Origin: Octopus sinensis
Lineage: Eukaryota
Length of the DNA: 64,000 nt
NCBI RefSeq assembly: GCF_006345805.1
Contig: NC_043013.1
Coordinates: 2,046,001-2,110,000 of the forward strand
Direction: 5' to 3'
Translations under genes and position numbers: made by a program
Shown: positions 11,906 to 25,435 of the stretch, piece by piece
How the letters are laid out: each line of letters begins with the position of its first letter
How positions within the stretch are numbered: the first letter of the stretch is position 1
The notes under the pieces: generated by a model
What the model was told of the DNA's origin: nothing
What the model saw: only the letters and a program-made list of their open reading frames with translations
Databases searched by the model: none

Positions 11906-13175
11906 TTGGGTTGGCAACTAAGTTCCCACTGTTTTTTTTAAATTTTGGAATTTTTCGAGAATTCTATTTTTGTATCATTTTGGAATTTATCTTTTTTTCT
12001 CTAGTTAATTTTAGTTAATTTTTGTTTATTTTCAGATCACTGAAATGGAATGTCAAGTTAAGAAAAACGAGCATTTTCAACACTTCCTTCTTTTTGCTTT
12101 TAATCAAGTTTCTAAGGCCACAAAAGCTGCTCATGACATTTGTGCTGTCTATGGAGAGGATGCCATAGCTGAAAGTACCACTCATGATTGGTATGCCAAG
12201 TTCAAAAATGGAAATTTTGACCTCTAAGACACACCTCATTCTGGCTGTCCAGTTGAGTTTGATGAAGAGCGATTAAACCAAATTTTGCATGAAAATTCTC
12301 ATCAAACAACAAGGGAACTGGTAGAGAAAATGGAATGCTACCATACTGCTATAGAGAAGCATCTTCACTCGATGGGAAAGGTTCAGAAGTATGGAGCATG
12401 GGTTCTGCATGCTTTAAGTGACAATAACAAAAATCAATGAGCCACAATCTCTGCTGGTTTGCTTGCTTATCACTGCTCAACTCATGGTTACAAGCAACGA
12501 TTTCTTTACCGAATCGTTACTGGCGACGAAGAATGGTGCCTGTACATCAATATGAAGCAGCGTAAGGAATGGCTTAGCCCCGGTAAATAAGGGACACTGC
12601 GTGTGAAACAAGATCTTCATCTGCGTAAAATGAAGTTGTGTGTATGGTGGGACTAGGAAGGGATTATCCATTACGAATTGCTTCAACGGAACCAAACGGC
12701 CAACGCGGAACTCCGTTTTCCACAGATGGAACGACTCAACACGGCTATTCAAGAGAAAAGACCTAATCAGCAGCATGGAGTTCTTCTGCTGCACGACATC
12801 GCCCGCCCTCACATCGCCAATATGACCAAGGAAGCCATTCAAATGCATGGCTGAGAAGTGCTGCCACACCCGCTGACCCGCTGTACTCTCCTGATTTGGC
12901 ACCAATGGATTTCCACCTCTTTCGATCTCTTTCAAATGCTATGTGCGGAGTTTCGTTCAATACTGATGCAGAATTGAGAGCTTGGTTGGATCAATTTTTC
13001 GAGTCGAAATCGGGTGATTTCTACCAACGAGGTATTGAAAATCTTGTTGAATGTTGGGAAGAATTTGTAAACAACAAGGGTGAATACATTATTGATTAAT
13101 TAGTTGTTATTTTGTATTAAACCTTTAAAAAATTTAAATTTTTAAAAAAAAGTGGGAACTTAGTTGCCAACCTAA
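11906..13175 (+). mobile_element. Full-length mariner (DD34D) transposon, transposase disrupted
   Basis: TA target duplications and TIRs ttgggttggcaactaagttcccac / gtgggaacttagttgccaacctaa; WVLHAL, RIVTGDEEW, HDIARPH and YSPDLAPMDFHLF remnants at 12045-13099 with stops and frameshifts. Confidence 0.93.
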
Positions 13176-13326
13176 TATTTCTAATGCAATATCTTTCTAC
13201 TGTTTCACTGACACTTCAATTTAATAGGATAAATATTTATAAGGATCATGAAATATGATGTCTTTTACATTAGATTTTCATCTGCAGTAACTCAGTTATT
13301 ATGTTGCTTAGCAAAAAGGAATTTAC

Positions 13327-13579
13327 CTGCCACAATGCCCATAGAACATTGGAATAGTTCTGAATATCATAGTTTGATGAATCCTGAAATCCTGTTCTGA
13401 CTTTTGGATTAAAATGTATATCTGGTAAATCTAAACATGACGGTAGTTTTTCTGTGCAAAGTTCAAGGCTTGACCATAAGTTTGGACTTGCCAAATCTTG
13501 ACATATTCCAACCCTGCATAATTCTTCCATTCTTTGTTTGTCATAAATGACATTCATTTTGCGAAAAAAGATTTTGTTT
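13327..13579 (-). CDS. Dynein heavy chain exon
   Basis: NKIFFRKMNVIYDKQ...KLPSCLDLP...NVLWALWQ; cacag / gtaaat; phase 2->0. Confidence 0.85.
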
Positions 13580-13679
13580 CTGTGAATACAAATAGAAATA
13601 TTGAGAAGAATTATCACAAGATGCATCATTGTTCCAAAAAAAGAGAAAAAAAAGGGAAGACAGAAATCTTGGTTATGCT

Positions 13680-13727
<48 letters not shown>

Positions 13728-15035
13728 TGTGTGTGTGTGTGTGTGTGAGATAGAAAGAGATGTATTTTGTCAATGTTGATGTTTGGCCCCAAGTCAGTAC
13801 TGATTGAGCTGACATTTGATCAAAGATTTTGAATCCATTATCATCCAGTTTATTATTCAGCCACAGAGTATCTAGGACTACATTGTTTTATATATGTCCT
13901 TACTGTTTTGTGTTGTGGGATTTGAGGCAGATTTACCTACTATTTCTATCAGTTTCCATATATCTATGCAGCTGTACATATGTGTGTGTATGTGGGTATT
14001 TTCAGACAGTAAGTTCATTATACTATCTACCAAGTCAGACAACATACTAAAATAAATTATGAATTCAATGAAGCGTAAATTTTGAGCAGGATTTTGAATC
14101 TTAAATTTAAAGCGTGACTTTCTACAATATTGTCACAATACTGTTGCAACATTATCACAATATTGTCACAATATTGTTACAATACTTTCATGACACTGGC
14201 ACTGTTGTTTCCTAATTTACACTGTATGTAGAAGGTTCTCCACAGAATTTAATAATTGATTCAGGTATTGTTGAGTGGTTAAGAAGTTTACATCACACCA
14301 CATGGTTTCAGGTTCAGTCCCACTGTGTGGAATCTTGGGTAGGTGCCTTCTGTTATAGCCCCAGACTGACCAAATCCTTGTGAGTGGATTTAGTAGATGG
14401 AAACTGAAAGAAGCCCATCTGTATGTGTACATATATATGTATCTGTGTGTGAGTATGTGTGTGCTTGTGTCTTTTTGTCTTGACCACACGATAGTTGTAA
14501 ATGCAATTTTCTGTGTAAACATAACTGGCCATGGGGGATATTACCTTGCTTGGAAACAGGTGAAGGTCGATGACAGAGAGGGTGTCCAGCCACAGAAAAT
14601 ATACCTCAATAAACTCCTTCTTACCTATGCAAACACGAAAAAGTGAACATTGAAACAACAATGACGACAGTTATAGTTCATCATCATCATTTAATGCCCA
14701 CTTTCTAAGCTGGCATGGGTTAGATGGCTTGGCTGGAACTGGTAAGCTGGAAGGCTGCACCAGATTCCATTCTGATTTGGCATGGTTTGTACAGCTTGAA
14801 GCCCTTCCTAATACCAACCACTCCAAGAGTGTAACAGGTGCTTTTTGTGTGCCACCAGCATGTGTGTCATTTACATGATACTGGAAATGACCACAACTAC
14901 GGTTTCACTTGGCTTGACCAGTCTTCTCAAGCAGAGCATATCTCCAAATATCTCAATCATTTGTCATCGCCTCTGTGAAGCCTGACATTCAAAGTTCAGT
15001 TTTATGATAAATTAAAGAGATTATTAAGGAATTAA

Positions 15036-15295
15036 CCCTTTCGTTACCATATTTATTTTGAGATGCTCTGCGTTTCTTTCAATTAATTTTAAATATAATA
15101 AAGAATTTCAGTGGTGCCCCAGCATGGCCGCGGCCTTTGGGCTAAAACATTTTTAAGGATTTAAGGATTCAGCTAGTATTAGGAACATAAATTGTGACAA
15201 AGTTTTGGTGGAAGATTTTAATTTAAACCTTATAAAAACAAGATATTTGTACTACAGAGCTAGAGGCGGTTTCAGCGGGGTTGGTAATGAAAGGG
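15036..15295. mobile_element. piggyBac-like MITE
   Basis: TTAA|CCCTTTCGTTACC ... GGTAATGAAAGGG|TTAA. Confidence 0.75.
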
Positions 15296-15401
15296 TTAAG
15301 GTTCCAACATTTTCAGGTTGCAGGACTACATAGATTCTCTCCTGATAGCTATCTTTAGGGACCAAGAGAGAAGCAAAGGGAACAGAATGTGTCTTACAAA
15401 C

Positions 15402-15507
15402 CTGAACGTGTCGATATCCCTTGAGACGCAAAGAGGAAAGTGATGGTTGTCTGAGGAATTGGTTTCTTTCATCCTGTTCTGGAACCATTTCACATAATTA
15501 CATAATT
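15402..15507 (-). CDS. Dynein heavy chain exon
   Basis: ELCNYVKWFQNRMKET...DIDTF; tttcag / gtttgt; phase 1->2. Confidence 0.8.
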
Positions 15508-15778
15508 CTGAAAGATGAAAACTACCTTCAAGCATAATGTCTTCACATATACACACACACACACACACACACTCAGACACACTCATTCATGCACATGCAC
15601 ACACACACTCATTTGTGCATGTGCATGCACATACCTGCGCATACACATAAGCTCACACACATGCATAGAACTCATTCATGTATGCACATGCACGCACACA
15701 CACACACACACACGCACACACACACATACAAAAATGCAAATCCAACCATTGTTTTACCCCATGGAAAGAGACTATATA

Positions 15779-17053
15779 TCAGGTTGAGGAAAAAGCAATG
15801 TTTTGAACCATGAAGAATTTGTACTGGATTTTTGCAGAGTTTTGAATTTAAAAAAAATATTTTTTTGCAACTGTCCCATAATATAGACATAGACTTGCCC
15901 AAATGCATAAAAAAATTAACATTGATATTTTTTCACCGTTGTTACAATCATCTGAAATGGAAATGTCAAAGCGCGATGATTCAAGCAATTTTGCTATTCA
16001 ACTTCAAAAAAGGACATAAAGCAGCTGAAACTGTTTGCAATATGAAATGTTTGATGAGGAAATGACCAGTGAGCAGTCAGCTCAAACATGGTTTAGACAA
16101 TTTTACAGCAGAGACATGAGCCTTGAAGATTGTGAGCATAGTGGATGCCCATGTGTCATCATGATGGTCAACTAAAGACCATCATTGACAAAGATCCACG
16201 TAAAATCACTCGAGAACTGGCAAAAGAACTTCCAGTTACCCAGGAAACTGCCTGCAACCATTTGCATGGGATCAGAAAATCAAAAAAGCTTGACAAATGG
16301 GTACCACATGATTTGAATGAAAATCAGAAAATGCGCAGACATGAAATTTGCTCGTCACTTCTTCTCCATAACCAGACCAATCCATTCCTTGAATGTATTG
16401 TAACTTGTGATGAAAAGTGGATTCTGTACATTAATAAAAAAACATTCTTCGCAGTGGTTGGACCAAAATGAAGCACTGAAAACCTTCCCCAAACCCAAGC
16501 TCTTCAAAAAGAAGGTCATGGTGACTGTTTGCTAGTGTACTGCTGGACTTATCCACTTTAACTTCTTAAAACCTAGATAAACCATTACTGCAGAAACATA
16601 TTACCATGAAATTGCCAAAAAAGAATGAAAATCTGCCACTCTTCTGTCACTGATGGTTTACAGAAAAGGGCCAATCCTTCTTCAGGACAATGCTCAACCA
16701 CATGTTTCAGTAATGATGCTCCAGGAGTGGAGGGAATTTGGTTACAAAGTTCTTCCTCACCCAGCTTATTCCCCAGACCTTTCTCCTACCAACTGTCACT
16801 TTTACAAGCACCTTGATGGTTTCCTATGAGACGATTTCAAAAATCAAACTGATGCTGAAAGTGCGTTCAAAGAGTTCATCAGCTTCAGAACTCCAGATTT
16901 TTATGTTACTGGAATAAACAAACTTGTAGCTTGTTGGCAAAAATATGTTGATTGTAATGGTGCTTACTTTGATGAATAAAATTTCCACATTGTTGAAATA
17001 TTTTGTGATGAATTTCATGTTTCAAAACATTGCTTACTTTTTAGTCAGCCTGA
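15779..17053 (+). mobile_element. Full-length mariner transposon, transposase disrupted
   Basis: TA-flanked imperfect TIRs tcaggttgagg..aagcaatgttttg / caaaacattgctt..cagcctga; WVPHDL, IVTCDEKWILY, QDNAQPH and HPAYSPDLSP motifs. Confidence 0.92.
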
Positions 17054-17376
17054 TATCTCTCAATCTGAATTCATCTCTATTTTTTACTTAAGTCACCAGT
17101 CATTATCAAAAAATTAAAAGGGATTCCCTTCACATGACTGGGGAAGATCTCAGCAAGCAGTGATAATCATATCGTTACCAGAAAATATTTATGTATACAT
17201 AAACAGCCTTTTAGATGTGTACAGTTACTTTAATAGATAATGTAAACTATATGCAAAAGGCATAAAATATGTTAAATTTGTAAAGTATAGTTAGCTTGAT
17301 GTGTGAATTATATATATGTCAGTTGGGTGCAATATATATTTATATGTTAGTTGTGTCCATTATATGTGCAACTTAC

Positions 17377-17521
17377 CAACATTAGCTGGAGCAACAGGGA
17401 TGATATATCCTGCAACAATAATGTCAGACATCGGTCTGTGAACTACTTGATACAGCACATCATTTATAAGAATTTTTATATATCTTCTGTCTGATTCTTT
17501 CACTACCAATAATTGGTACAG
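17377..17521 (-). CDS. Dynein heavy chain exon (end of AAA6)
   Basis: LYQLLVVKESDRRYIKILIND...GYIIPVAPANV; tttcag / gtaagt; phase 0->1. Confidence 0.85.
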
Positions 17522-18000
17522 CTGAAATTGGTAAATAGAAGAATGAATGCATGAATGAATGAATGAATGCTTGCATGCATGTAAGTATGAGTGTGTGTGT
17601 GTGTGTGTTGTGTGTGTGTGTGTGTGTGTGTGTGTATCTGAAATCTAAACTAGCAAGACAACCATGATATAATGCAATGAGCTTTGAAGCAAGAACTGAG
17701 CAAATGTTTCTCCCAAAATTTAAATCAACAGTCAAACACCTAAATATTGTTGCAAAATTACTGAATGGAGAATCCCGAGAGAAGGACCTGATAATTGAAT
17801 ACTGGTGCAGAAAGTTCATGTTCTACAGAACAGCCTTCTTTATTCTACTCAAAAGAGCAATGAATGTTGAACTTGGTATTTTTCAGAGCCATTTTCCAAG
17901 TCAAGAAATGTTTGTCCTTTTCACACTTCAATAGTAACATGAAAAAGGATAAGGATAAACGAAGGATAGAAGATTAAAGGGATATCAATAAGATGTTTAC

Positions 18001-18341
18001 CTGAGGAACAATTTGCAGAGATTCCAAGAGTGCTGCTTTACTGTCATCATCATCATCATCGATTAACGTCTGTTTTCCATGCTGGTATGGGTTGGACGGT
18101 TTGACTGAGGACTGGAGAGCCAGTGGCTGCACATGCTGCAGTAAAATCTGAAGAGCTTCCTCCAGCAGGTAATTATCAAAGGGATACCAGTGATCAAGGC
18201 CACCACTTCCCAATGCTTGGCTGACAAGGAGAGATGAGTGGGCAACTATTGTGCCAAATATTATAGCTTTAATCACTGAGTTTATGTGAGATGCTTCTCG
18301 CTTCAGATATTCATTGATTTGTGTCAAGATGCAGCAGACAA
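18001..18341 (-). CDS. Dynein heavy chain exon (AAA6) carrying an in-frame 87-bp LINE insertion
   Basis: VCCILTQINEYL...HWYPFDNYLLEEALQILLQH[VQPLALQSSVKPSNPYQHGKQTLIDDDDD]DSKAALLESLQIVPQ; ccag / gtaaac; phase 1->0. Confidence 0.78.
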
Positions 18342-18586
18342 CTGGATGGAATAATTATTAGAAAAATGATATCAATGATATTTTTTACCAAATAGTATTA
18401 TAAAAAAAGCAAAGACAAACAAAAGGAAAACAAGCCAGGTATTAACAAATTATACCTGACAAGGTGTGATTTGTTGATGAATAGAGATAAGGTCAAAGGT
18501 CAGAGACAAAAAAACATTTTGAAATCATTATAATGAGCTAATATACACACAGGTATGAATGCACATGTGTGTGTGTGTAGTCTATT

Positions 18587-18639
<53 letters not shown>

Positions 18640-18641
<2 letters not shown>

Positions 18642-19296
18642 CGTGGTGAAGTACGACCTTCGATCTGTAGGTCTCACCGAGGAAATGATCAGAGACCGAG
18701 ACCTTTGGAAATATGCTGTGCGTGAGAAGACCTGGCAGGACAAGTGAGGCCATAACCCATGGCCTCTACCTAGGATGTAGTCAGTCCACTTATGCATACC
18801 TTTCCTTCTTGGGACACAAACTCTACTTGTGAAGACCTGTTGAGGCAAGTGAAAATCAAAATCAAAATCAAAATCGATCAACATCAATGGAAATTGTAGT
18901 TGTGATACCAGTGCCGGTGGCACATAAGAGAACCACCCAAACATGGCCGTAGCCAGCGCCGCCCTGACTGGCCTCCGTGCCGGTGGCACGTAAAAAACAC
19001 AATCCAATCGTGGCCATTGCCAGCCTCGCCTGGCCTCCGTGCCGGTGGCACGTAAAAAGCACCATCCGAGCGTGGCTGTTTGCCAGCCTCGTCTGGCAAC
19101 TGTGTCAGTGGCACGTAAAAAGCACCCACTACACTCATGGAGTGGTTGGCATTAGGAAGGGCATCCAGCTGTAGAAACACTGCCAGACCAGACTGGAGCC
19201 TGGTGCAGCCTTCTGGCTTCCCAGACCCCAGTTGAACTGTCCAACCCATGCTAGCATGGAAAGCGGACGTTAAACGATGATGATGATGATGATGAT
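18640..19296 (+). mobile_element. RTE-LINE 3' fragment (ORF end, UTR and (GAT)n tail)
   Basis: VVKYDLRSVGLTEEMIRDRDLWKYAVREKTWQDK* followed by the family UTR. Confidence 0.88.
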
Positions 19297-19298
19297 GA

Positions 19299-19353
<55 letters not shown>

Positions 19354-19598
19354 GTATGTATGTATGTATGTATGTATGTATACACGTGTTTATATTTGTG
19401 ATATATATGAGCAAAAAAGAATTTTAGAGTCACAAGGTGCCAGAAAGGAGAGGAGCTACAGTCAATTGAACTGGCTTTGTTATTTAGTTTCAATATAGTG
19501 TAGATCGTTTAATCTATTAAATTCTGCCAAAATTAAAAAAAGAAAGAAAGAAAGGAAGGAGGAAGGGCAGAGGAGAAGTAACAAAGGAAAAGGAGAAG

Positions 19599-19640
<42 letters not shown>

Positions 19641-19732
19641 TAGAGAGAAGAATTTTGAGGTGATGATGACAGTGCTGGTAACAAAGATGGTGCCTCAATA
19701 ACGTCTCAATGATGAAGATAGATGTTACAAAC

Positions 19733-19918
19733 CTGAGTCAATGCAGTTTGGTGAAGATGGCAGATGTTGGATGTACAACTGTTGATCCGTTAAACAATCT
19801 CCACCAAATCTGAACAGATGTGTCCAGGACAGTTTAAATAGATATTTATGCAATGTCAAAGGGAAAATTTGGGATTCTTTCTGAATTATCCAAACTAATG
19901 AGGACTTGAGGATGTTTT
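19733..19918 (-). CDS. Dynein heavy chain exon (AAA6)
   Basis: ENILKSSLVWIIQKESQIFPLTLHKYLFKLSW...; ttgcag / gtttgt; phase 1->1. Confidence 0.8.
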
Positions 19919-20327
19919 CTGCAAATAATAATAAAAAAATTACAAATCAATAATTATTCTATCAATGTACACACACATATACACACACACACACACATAT
20001 TTACATGTGCACACACACACACACACACACATATTTACACGCACACATAAACACACCATCTAGATCATGATCTTATTTTATTTATTTGGAAATATTCTTC
20101 TCCGAGTGATTTTCAACTGTTTATATAATTTATTTATTATCATCTTTTTGCAGATATAGAATTTGTCCAATCTGTCTACTCCTAATGTCTAATGATAGGT
20201 TATTGTTGAGTGAAATTTGGCAACCATTTATAATAGGTCTAATTATGGTGTTGTTTTTTGCAAAAGTAACCCAAAATAGTGGGTCATCTATTTATCTGTC
20301 TGCCTACATGTCTATCAGTCTGTCTAA

Positions 20328-21050
<723 letters not shown>

Positions 21051-21790
21051 CTATCAACTTATCTGATATGTCTTTCTTTCTTTCTTTCATTTTTGAAAAG
21101 AAAATTACAGGCATTCATGGTGCTGTGAATGAAAATGCAAACAGCCCCCTTCATCTAATGAACTGTGCCTCACATTTCTCTGTCATCATTTGTTTCAGTA
21201 TAAAAACTAATACAAAACAAGCTTGGCACCAACTTGATCACATAGAATTGTGACAATGACAGGAAATCAATCAAAATGATTTGTGTGTTTCATTCTCCAC
21301 TCTTTTGGTCAAGTCAGAAGCTGCTGCAGATTAAGTGTTTAATTCAAATTCAACAAAAATAGTGGAAACCTGCTTCTGATCACGTGAAAAGGCATAGAAA
21401 TCCTGAATCAAGCAATTCCACCATCATTGCTGGATGCTTTTGCTTACTAACGATACATTCACTCAAGAAGCTTGTCAGTGAAAGATGAGTGATGATGGGA
21501 GCAGGTGGCCGGTTCTACTGAAAGCTCTTGGTCGTGAACATTAACTGATTGTGGTTTAGGTGAGATGGTCACTGTGGCCTAAGAGAGCATAGTCCACTTT
21601 GGAACTGCCTTTGTGATGAAGCAGCATTTTTCAGGGATTTCTTGCTTCCTTTGTTTAGAGGAAGGAGACAGAAACTGTTCTTTCAATAAACCTTACCCTA
21701 CTCTTTTTTTATCATTCTCTTTTTTTTTTCTGCTTCCTTGTGTTTAACTGTTATAATTTAAAATGTGATCAGCTGTATAATTGACTGTAG

Positions 21791-21846
<56 letters not shown>

Positions 21847-22337
21847 GTTTAACGTCCGCTCTCCATGCTAGCATGGGTTGGACGGTTCAACTGGGGTCTG
21901 GGAAGCCAGAAGGCTGCACCAGGCCCAGTCTGATCTGGCAGTGTTTCTACAGCTGGATGCCCTTCCTAATGCCAAACAACTACGTTATTTAAAATTTAAA
22001 AGTACCAGACTGCATTTTGTCAGGCACTCTCACAATTCTGCCAATGACCCACCCTTTCTGCCAGTCAGCCCCTCTCCCTTCTCTACCACTCAGCCACACC
22101 CTTTCTGCTAATGAACTATTACAAATATTTAATTAATAAGAGCTGAAAATGATTCAATGTAATAGTAAGAAATATTCTGAACTGACACAAGCTCAGGAAC
22201 AGGGGTACAGTGGGTTGGGGGAGCAAGTGCATACCCTAAAATTTTTGTGGGGCAATGAAAACGCTTTGAACAGCCTGGGTTGAACCTGGATTTGTGACCC
22301 CTAAGCAAATTTCGTTCCCACACTTATATCAACTGAC

Positions 22338-22524
22338 CCTTCTGAGGTGACTGTTGGAAAGGTATTTCATCAAGACAGCATGCAAGTTTTTCAAGGTAGT
22401 CTTTGGAACAATCATTTCTAACATCAATTATAAGCCAATATGGTACCAAATCTTCAAATATTTCCTGTATGTCACCATACATTAGGCTGTGCATTTCTAG
22501 ATTTTTAACTGCCACACCAGTTTC
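22338..22524 (-). CDS. Dynein heavy chain exon (AAA6)
   Basis: ETGVAVKNLEMHS...PYWLIIDVRNDCSKDYLEKLACCL; ttgcag acceptor; phase 0->1. Confidence 0.82.
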
Positions 22525-22639
22525 CTGCAATGAAGAGTAGTAATAATTAAATATTTGATTCCATTGTCACCACTGTCACCACCACAACAACAACCACCAC
22601 TATCATTACAACAACAACAAAACCCTTACTTTGTCAAAG

Positions 22640-22860
22640 TATCAGTCTCTCTCTGATGGATTTATGGTCAAGCCTGTGGCGGTGGAAAGCCCCAGCATTC
22701 TTGGACCCTGGTCCATATCTCTACTCATTGATACCGGGGTAGAGATGGCTATCCACAAATGTGAGCCAGAGTGGCTGTTCCAAAGCATCTCCTGTAGAAA
22801 AGGCGTTGCCGTTTCCATTTTGTCTGCTGGGACCCTGAAGTAGTCTGAATTATAGGAAAT
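22640..22860 (-). mobile_element. Decayed LINE apurinic-endonuclease fragment (related copy ~23440-23680)
   Basis: Frameshifted GD..NSHS..(W)G, AISxP and DHxxI remnants in both copies. Confidence 0.4.
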
Positions 22861-23873
22861 CATACATTCTAATCCATAATGTAAAGCCACTCCTACCAAT
22901 ATAATCAAAACAATACTGTATCCAGCAAATGGATCTTTGATGCAAATCTTCCTGGCAGAGTTTTGTGACAAAGGGAAAACATTCATAATGCAGTCCTTTG
23001 TTGAATAGCAAAATAAAAAGTAAACAACTTGTCCCTACTAAAACCATCACAACAACCACCACCACTGGCTATCACCAGCACCACCAACGTAACCACTACT
23101 ATCATAATCAACATCACCAACATTACCAACAAGCATTATGACCAGCCAGAAGGTAAAAAAATAAAGAAAATAAAAAAGATAGATGCAAAAACAGAAAGAA
23201 AAATGAGGACTTAAAAAATATGAAGGAGGGTAAGATAAGCAAAGAGATGTGATGTGAACCCAGTAAGGTGCAGGGCAGGTAACTCAGTGGCTCTCAACCA
23301 GGGTCCATATGGCCCTTAGGGTTCATATAAGATTAAGGTGTTAAAAATGATGTGCATCAGATCAGTTATACATCTACATTACACAAAATATTTTGGTAAT
23401 TGTGTTGTCAGCCCCCAGCCCAAGCTCTGCTGCTTGTCAGGCTGAGAAAAGCAAACTGTCAAGGGGCATCATATCGAACCTATTGCCTGTGGCTGTAGAG
23501 ACCTCCTGCATCCTTGCATCCTCCTCCCCAGACCATATTCTTGTTCACCATTATTGGGGCAGAGATGGCTAACTGTTGGTGAGGGCCCCATGAGTCAGAG
23601 TGGCTGTTCCAGTGCATCTCCCTTGCCATCTTCAGGGAAAAGCCTTTTCCATTTTTCTGCTGGAGCCATGAGAAATGTTTCCATATTACGAGAGGCAGAA
23701 TTTCTCAAAATTAATTCAAATAGAGTCACAGGCAAAATATGGTTGAGAATCTCTGAGGTAACCAATCTAGGAAAAGGGCAGTGACACAAAACAGACCTAC
23801 AACACAGAAGAAGGCACTCTCCTGCTTTTTTGCTGCAAGAAAAAACAACTGAGATGACCAGTTTTTCTCTCTG

Positions 23874-23912
<39 letters not shown>

Positions 23913-23986
23913 CAGATGGCAAAAGACCACAATGGGTGACAAAGCACACAGAGGACTTGTCCAATCTAGCAGGGAGAAGCAGATGT

Positions 23987-24017
<31 letters not shown>

Positions 24018-24142
24018 CAAGAGACAGAGAGATATAACAGGAGTGAATGGGAAATAAATAGAAGGTTGGATAGAGAGAAAGTGTAAGAGAGACTATGCTA
24101 GAGGAAGAGATTAAGACAAAATGAGAGAGAGAAGTAGAAGGA

Positions 24143-24226
<84 letters not shown>

Positions 24227-24261
24227 GACAGATAGAGAGACAGAATTTGTATGAAACTTAC

Positions 24262-24530
24262 TGCAGCAAGTTGTAAAAGTTTGTCTTCAACTGGGACCAT
24301 TTGACCAAACTGGTAATCTGTCTGCTGAATGTAGTTGTCAGGGCAACTGAGCAGGATTGCTTTAAATGGTAGAGATGCTTGCAAAACATCCTGAAATTTT
24401 AGCTGGACTGCCGTGTAAGGAACACACCTCTCTAAATATATCTCAGTTGCTTTGAGGAAACGGTCAGGTCGGAGGTTTCTTATCAGTAACAATCGAAGGA
24501 ATTCTTCAGAATCACCACTTTCATAGTCTT
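24262..24530 (-). CDS. Dynein heavy chain exon (AAA6 start)
   Basis: EEFLRLLLIRNLRPDRFLKATEIY (LxxxxLRPDR motif); ttgtag / gtaagt; phase 1->0. Confidence 0.92.
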
Positions 24531-24621
24531 CTACAATTATATATAGATACATACATATATAGATATAAATGTGTGTATGTGGGATAGTGAAAACATGCAC
24601 GTGTGTATCTATATATCTATT

Positions 24622-24700
<79 letters not shown>

Positions 24701-25128
24701 ATATATATATATTGATAAAAATGTTAAGACAACAAAAGAAAGAAAGAGACCTTGATATTATGTAAATAGAGGAATTTATCTGTAAATGTAATATGTGATA
24801 ATTATTTGGTACCCATGATAAAACTCCGAGTTTCAGATGGCGAGGTGGAAATCCACGCCACCATCTCTTCAGCCCATCGGAAAAAGGCATTTTTCTGATG
24901 GCCGGATAAATGAAGAGATGATGGCATGGATTTCCACCTCGCCATCTGAAACTCGGAGTTACATATTACATTTACAGATATATATATATATATATAAACA
25001 TATTAATAATATGACAACAAAAGAATGAATGAGACTTCGATGTTATGTAAATAGAGGAATTTATCTATAAAAATATAAGACAATCAGTTAGTTGTCATAA
25101 TAATACTCAGAATTTCAGATGCTGGGGC

Positions 25129-25178
25129 TAACTGATGAGGATGTCTTTTAGCCATGGTATCTGAAACTCTGAGTATTA
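25129..25178 (+). ncRNA. Hammerhead ribozyme motif (type I, minimal)
   Basis: taa|CTGATGA|ggatgtc..ggtatct|GAAA|ctctgaGTA|tta; intact core, wobble-rich stem II, 3-bp stem I. Confidence 0.5.
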
Positions 25179-25285
25179 TAATGACAACTAACTGACTGTC
25201 CTATATCATAATTTTGTAGATAAATTCCCCTGTATATATATATACACAAACATATAAATAGATGTATCATAATAAATATATATAT

Positions 25286-25321
<36 letters not shown>

Positions 25322-25386
25322 CTTTATTTAAAAGCAGCAGAAATTCAGCAAAACCTGTTACTCGGAGTTTCATGTTAAAATTTTAA

Positions 25387-25435
25387 CAAAACTGTCCGAC
25401 GAACGGGAACGTGAAACTCCGAGTAACAGGTTTTG
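25387..25435 (+). ncRNA. Hammerhead ribozyme motif with a U4C change
   Basis: caaaactgt|CCGACGA|acg-ggaa-cgt|GAAA|ctccgaGTA|acag-g-ttttg. Confidence 0.55.

Noticed and set aside
17677-17934. Plus-strand 85-aa ORF and overlapping minus ORF
   Set aside because: No recognisable motif; flanking dynein exons splice in phase without it
21300-21690. Possible transposase remnant
   Set aside because: No frame gave a diagnostic motif; left unannotated
22640-23790. ORFs 22642-22986 and 23595-24020 as a pair of duplicated dynein exons
   Set aside because: Exons 24262 and 22524 already join in phase. The shared sequence is frameshifted and carries LINE endonuclease-like motifs
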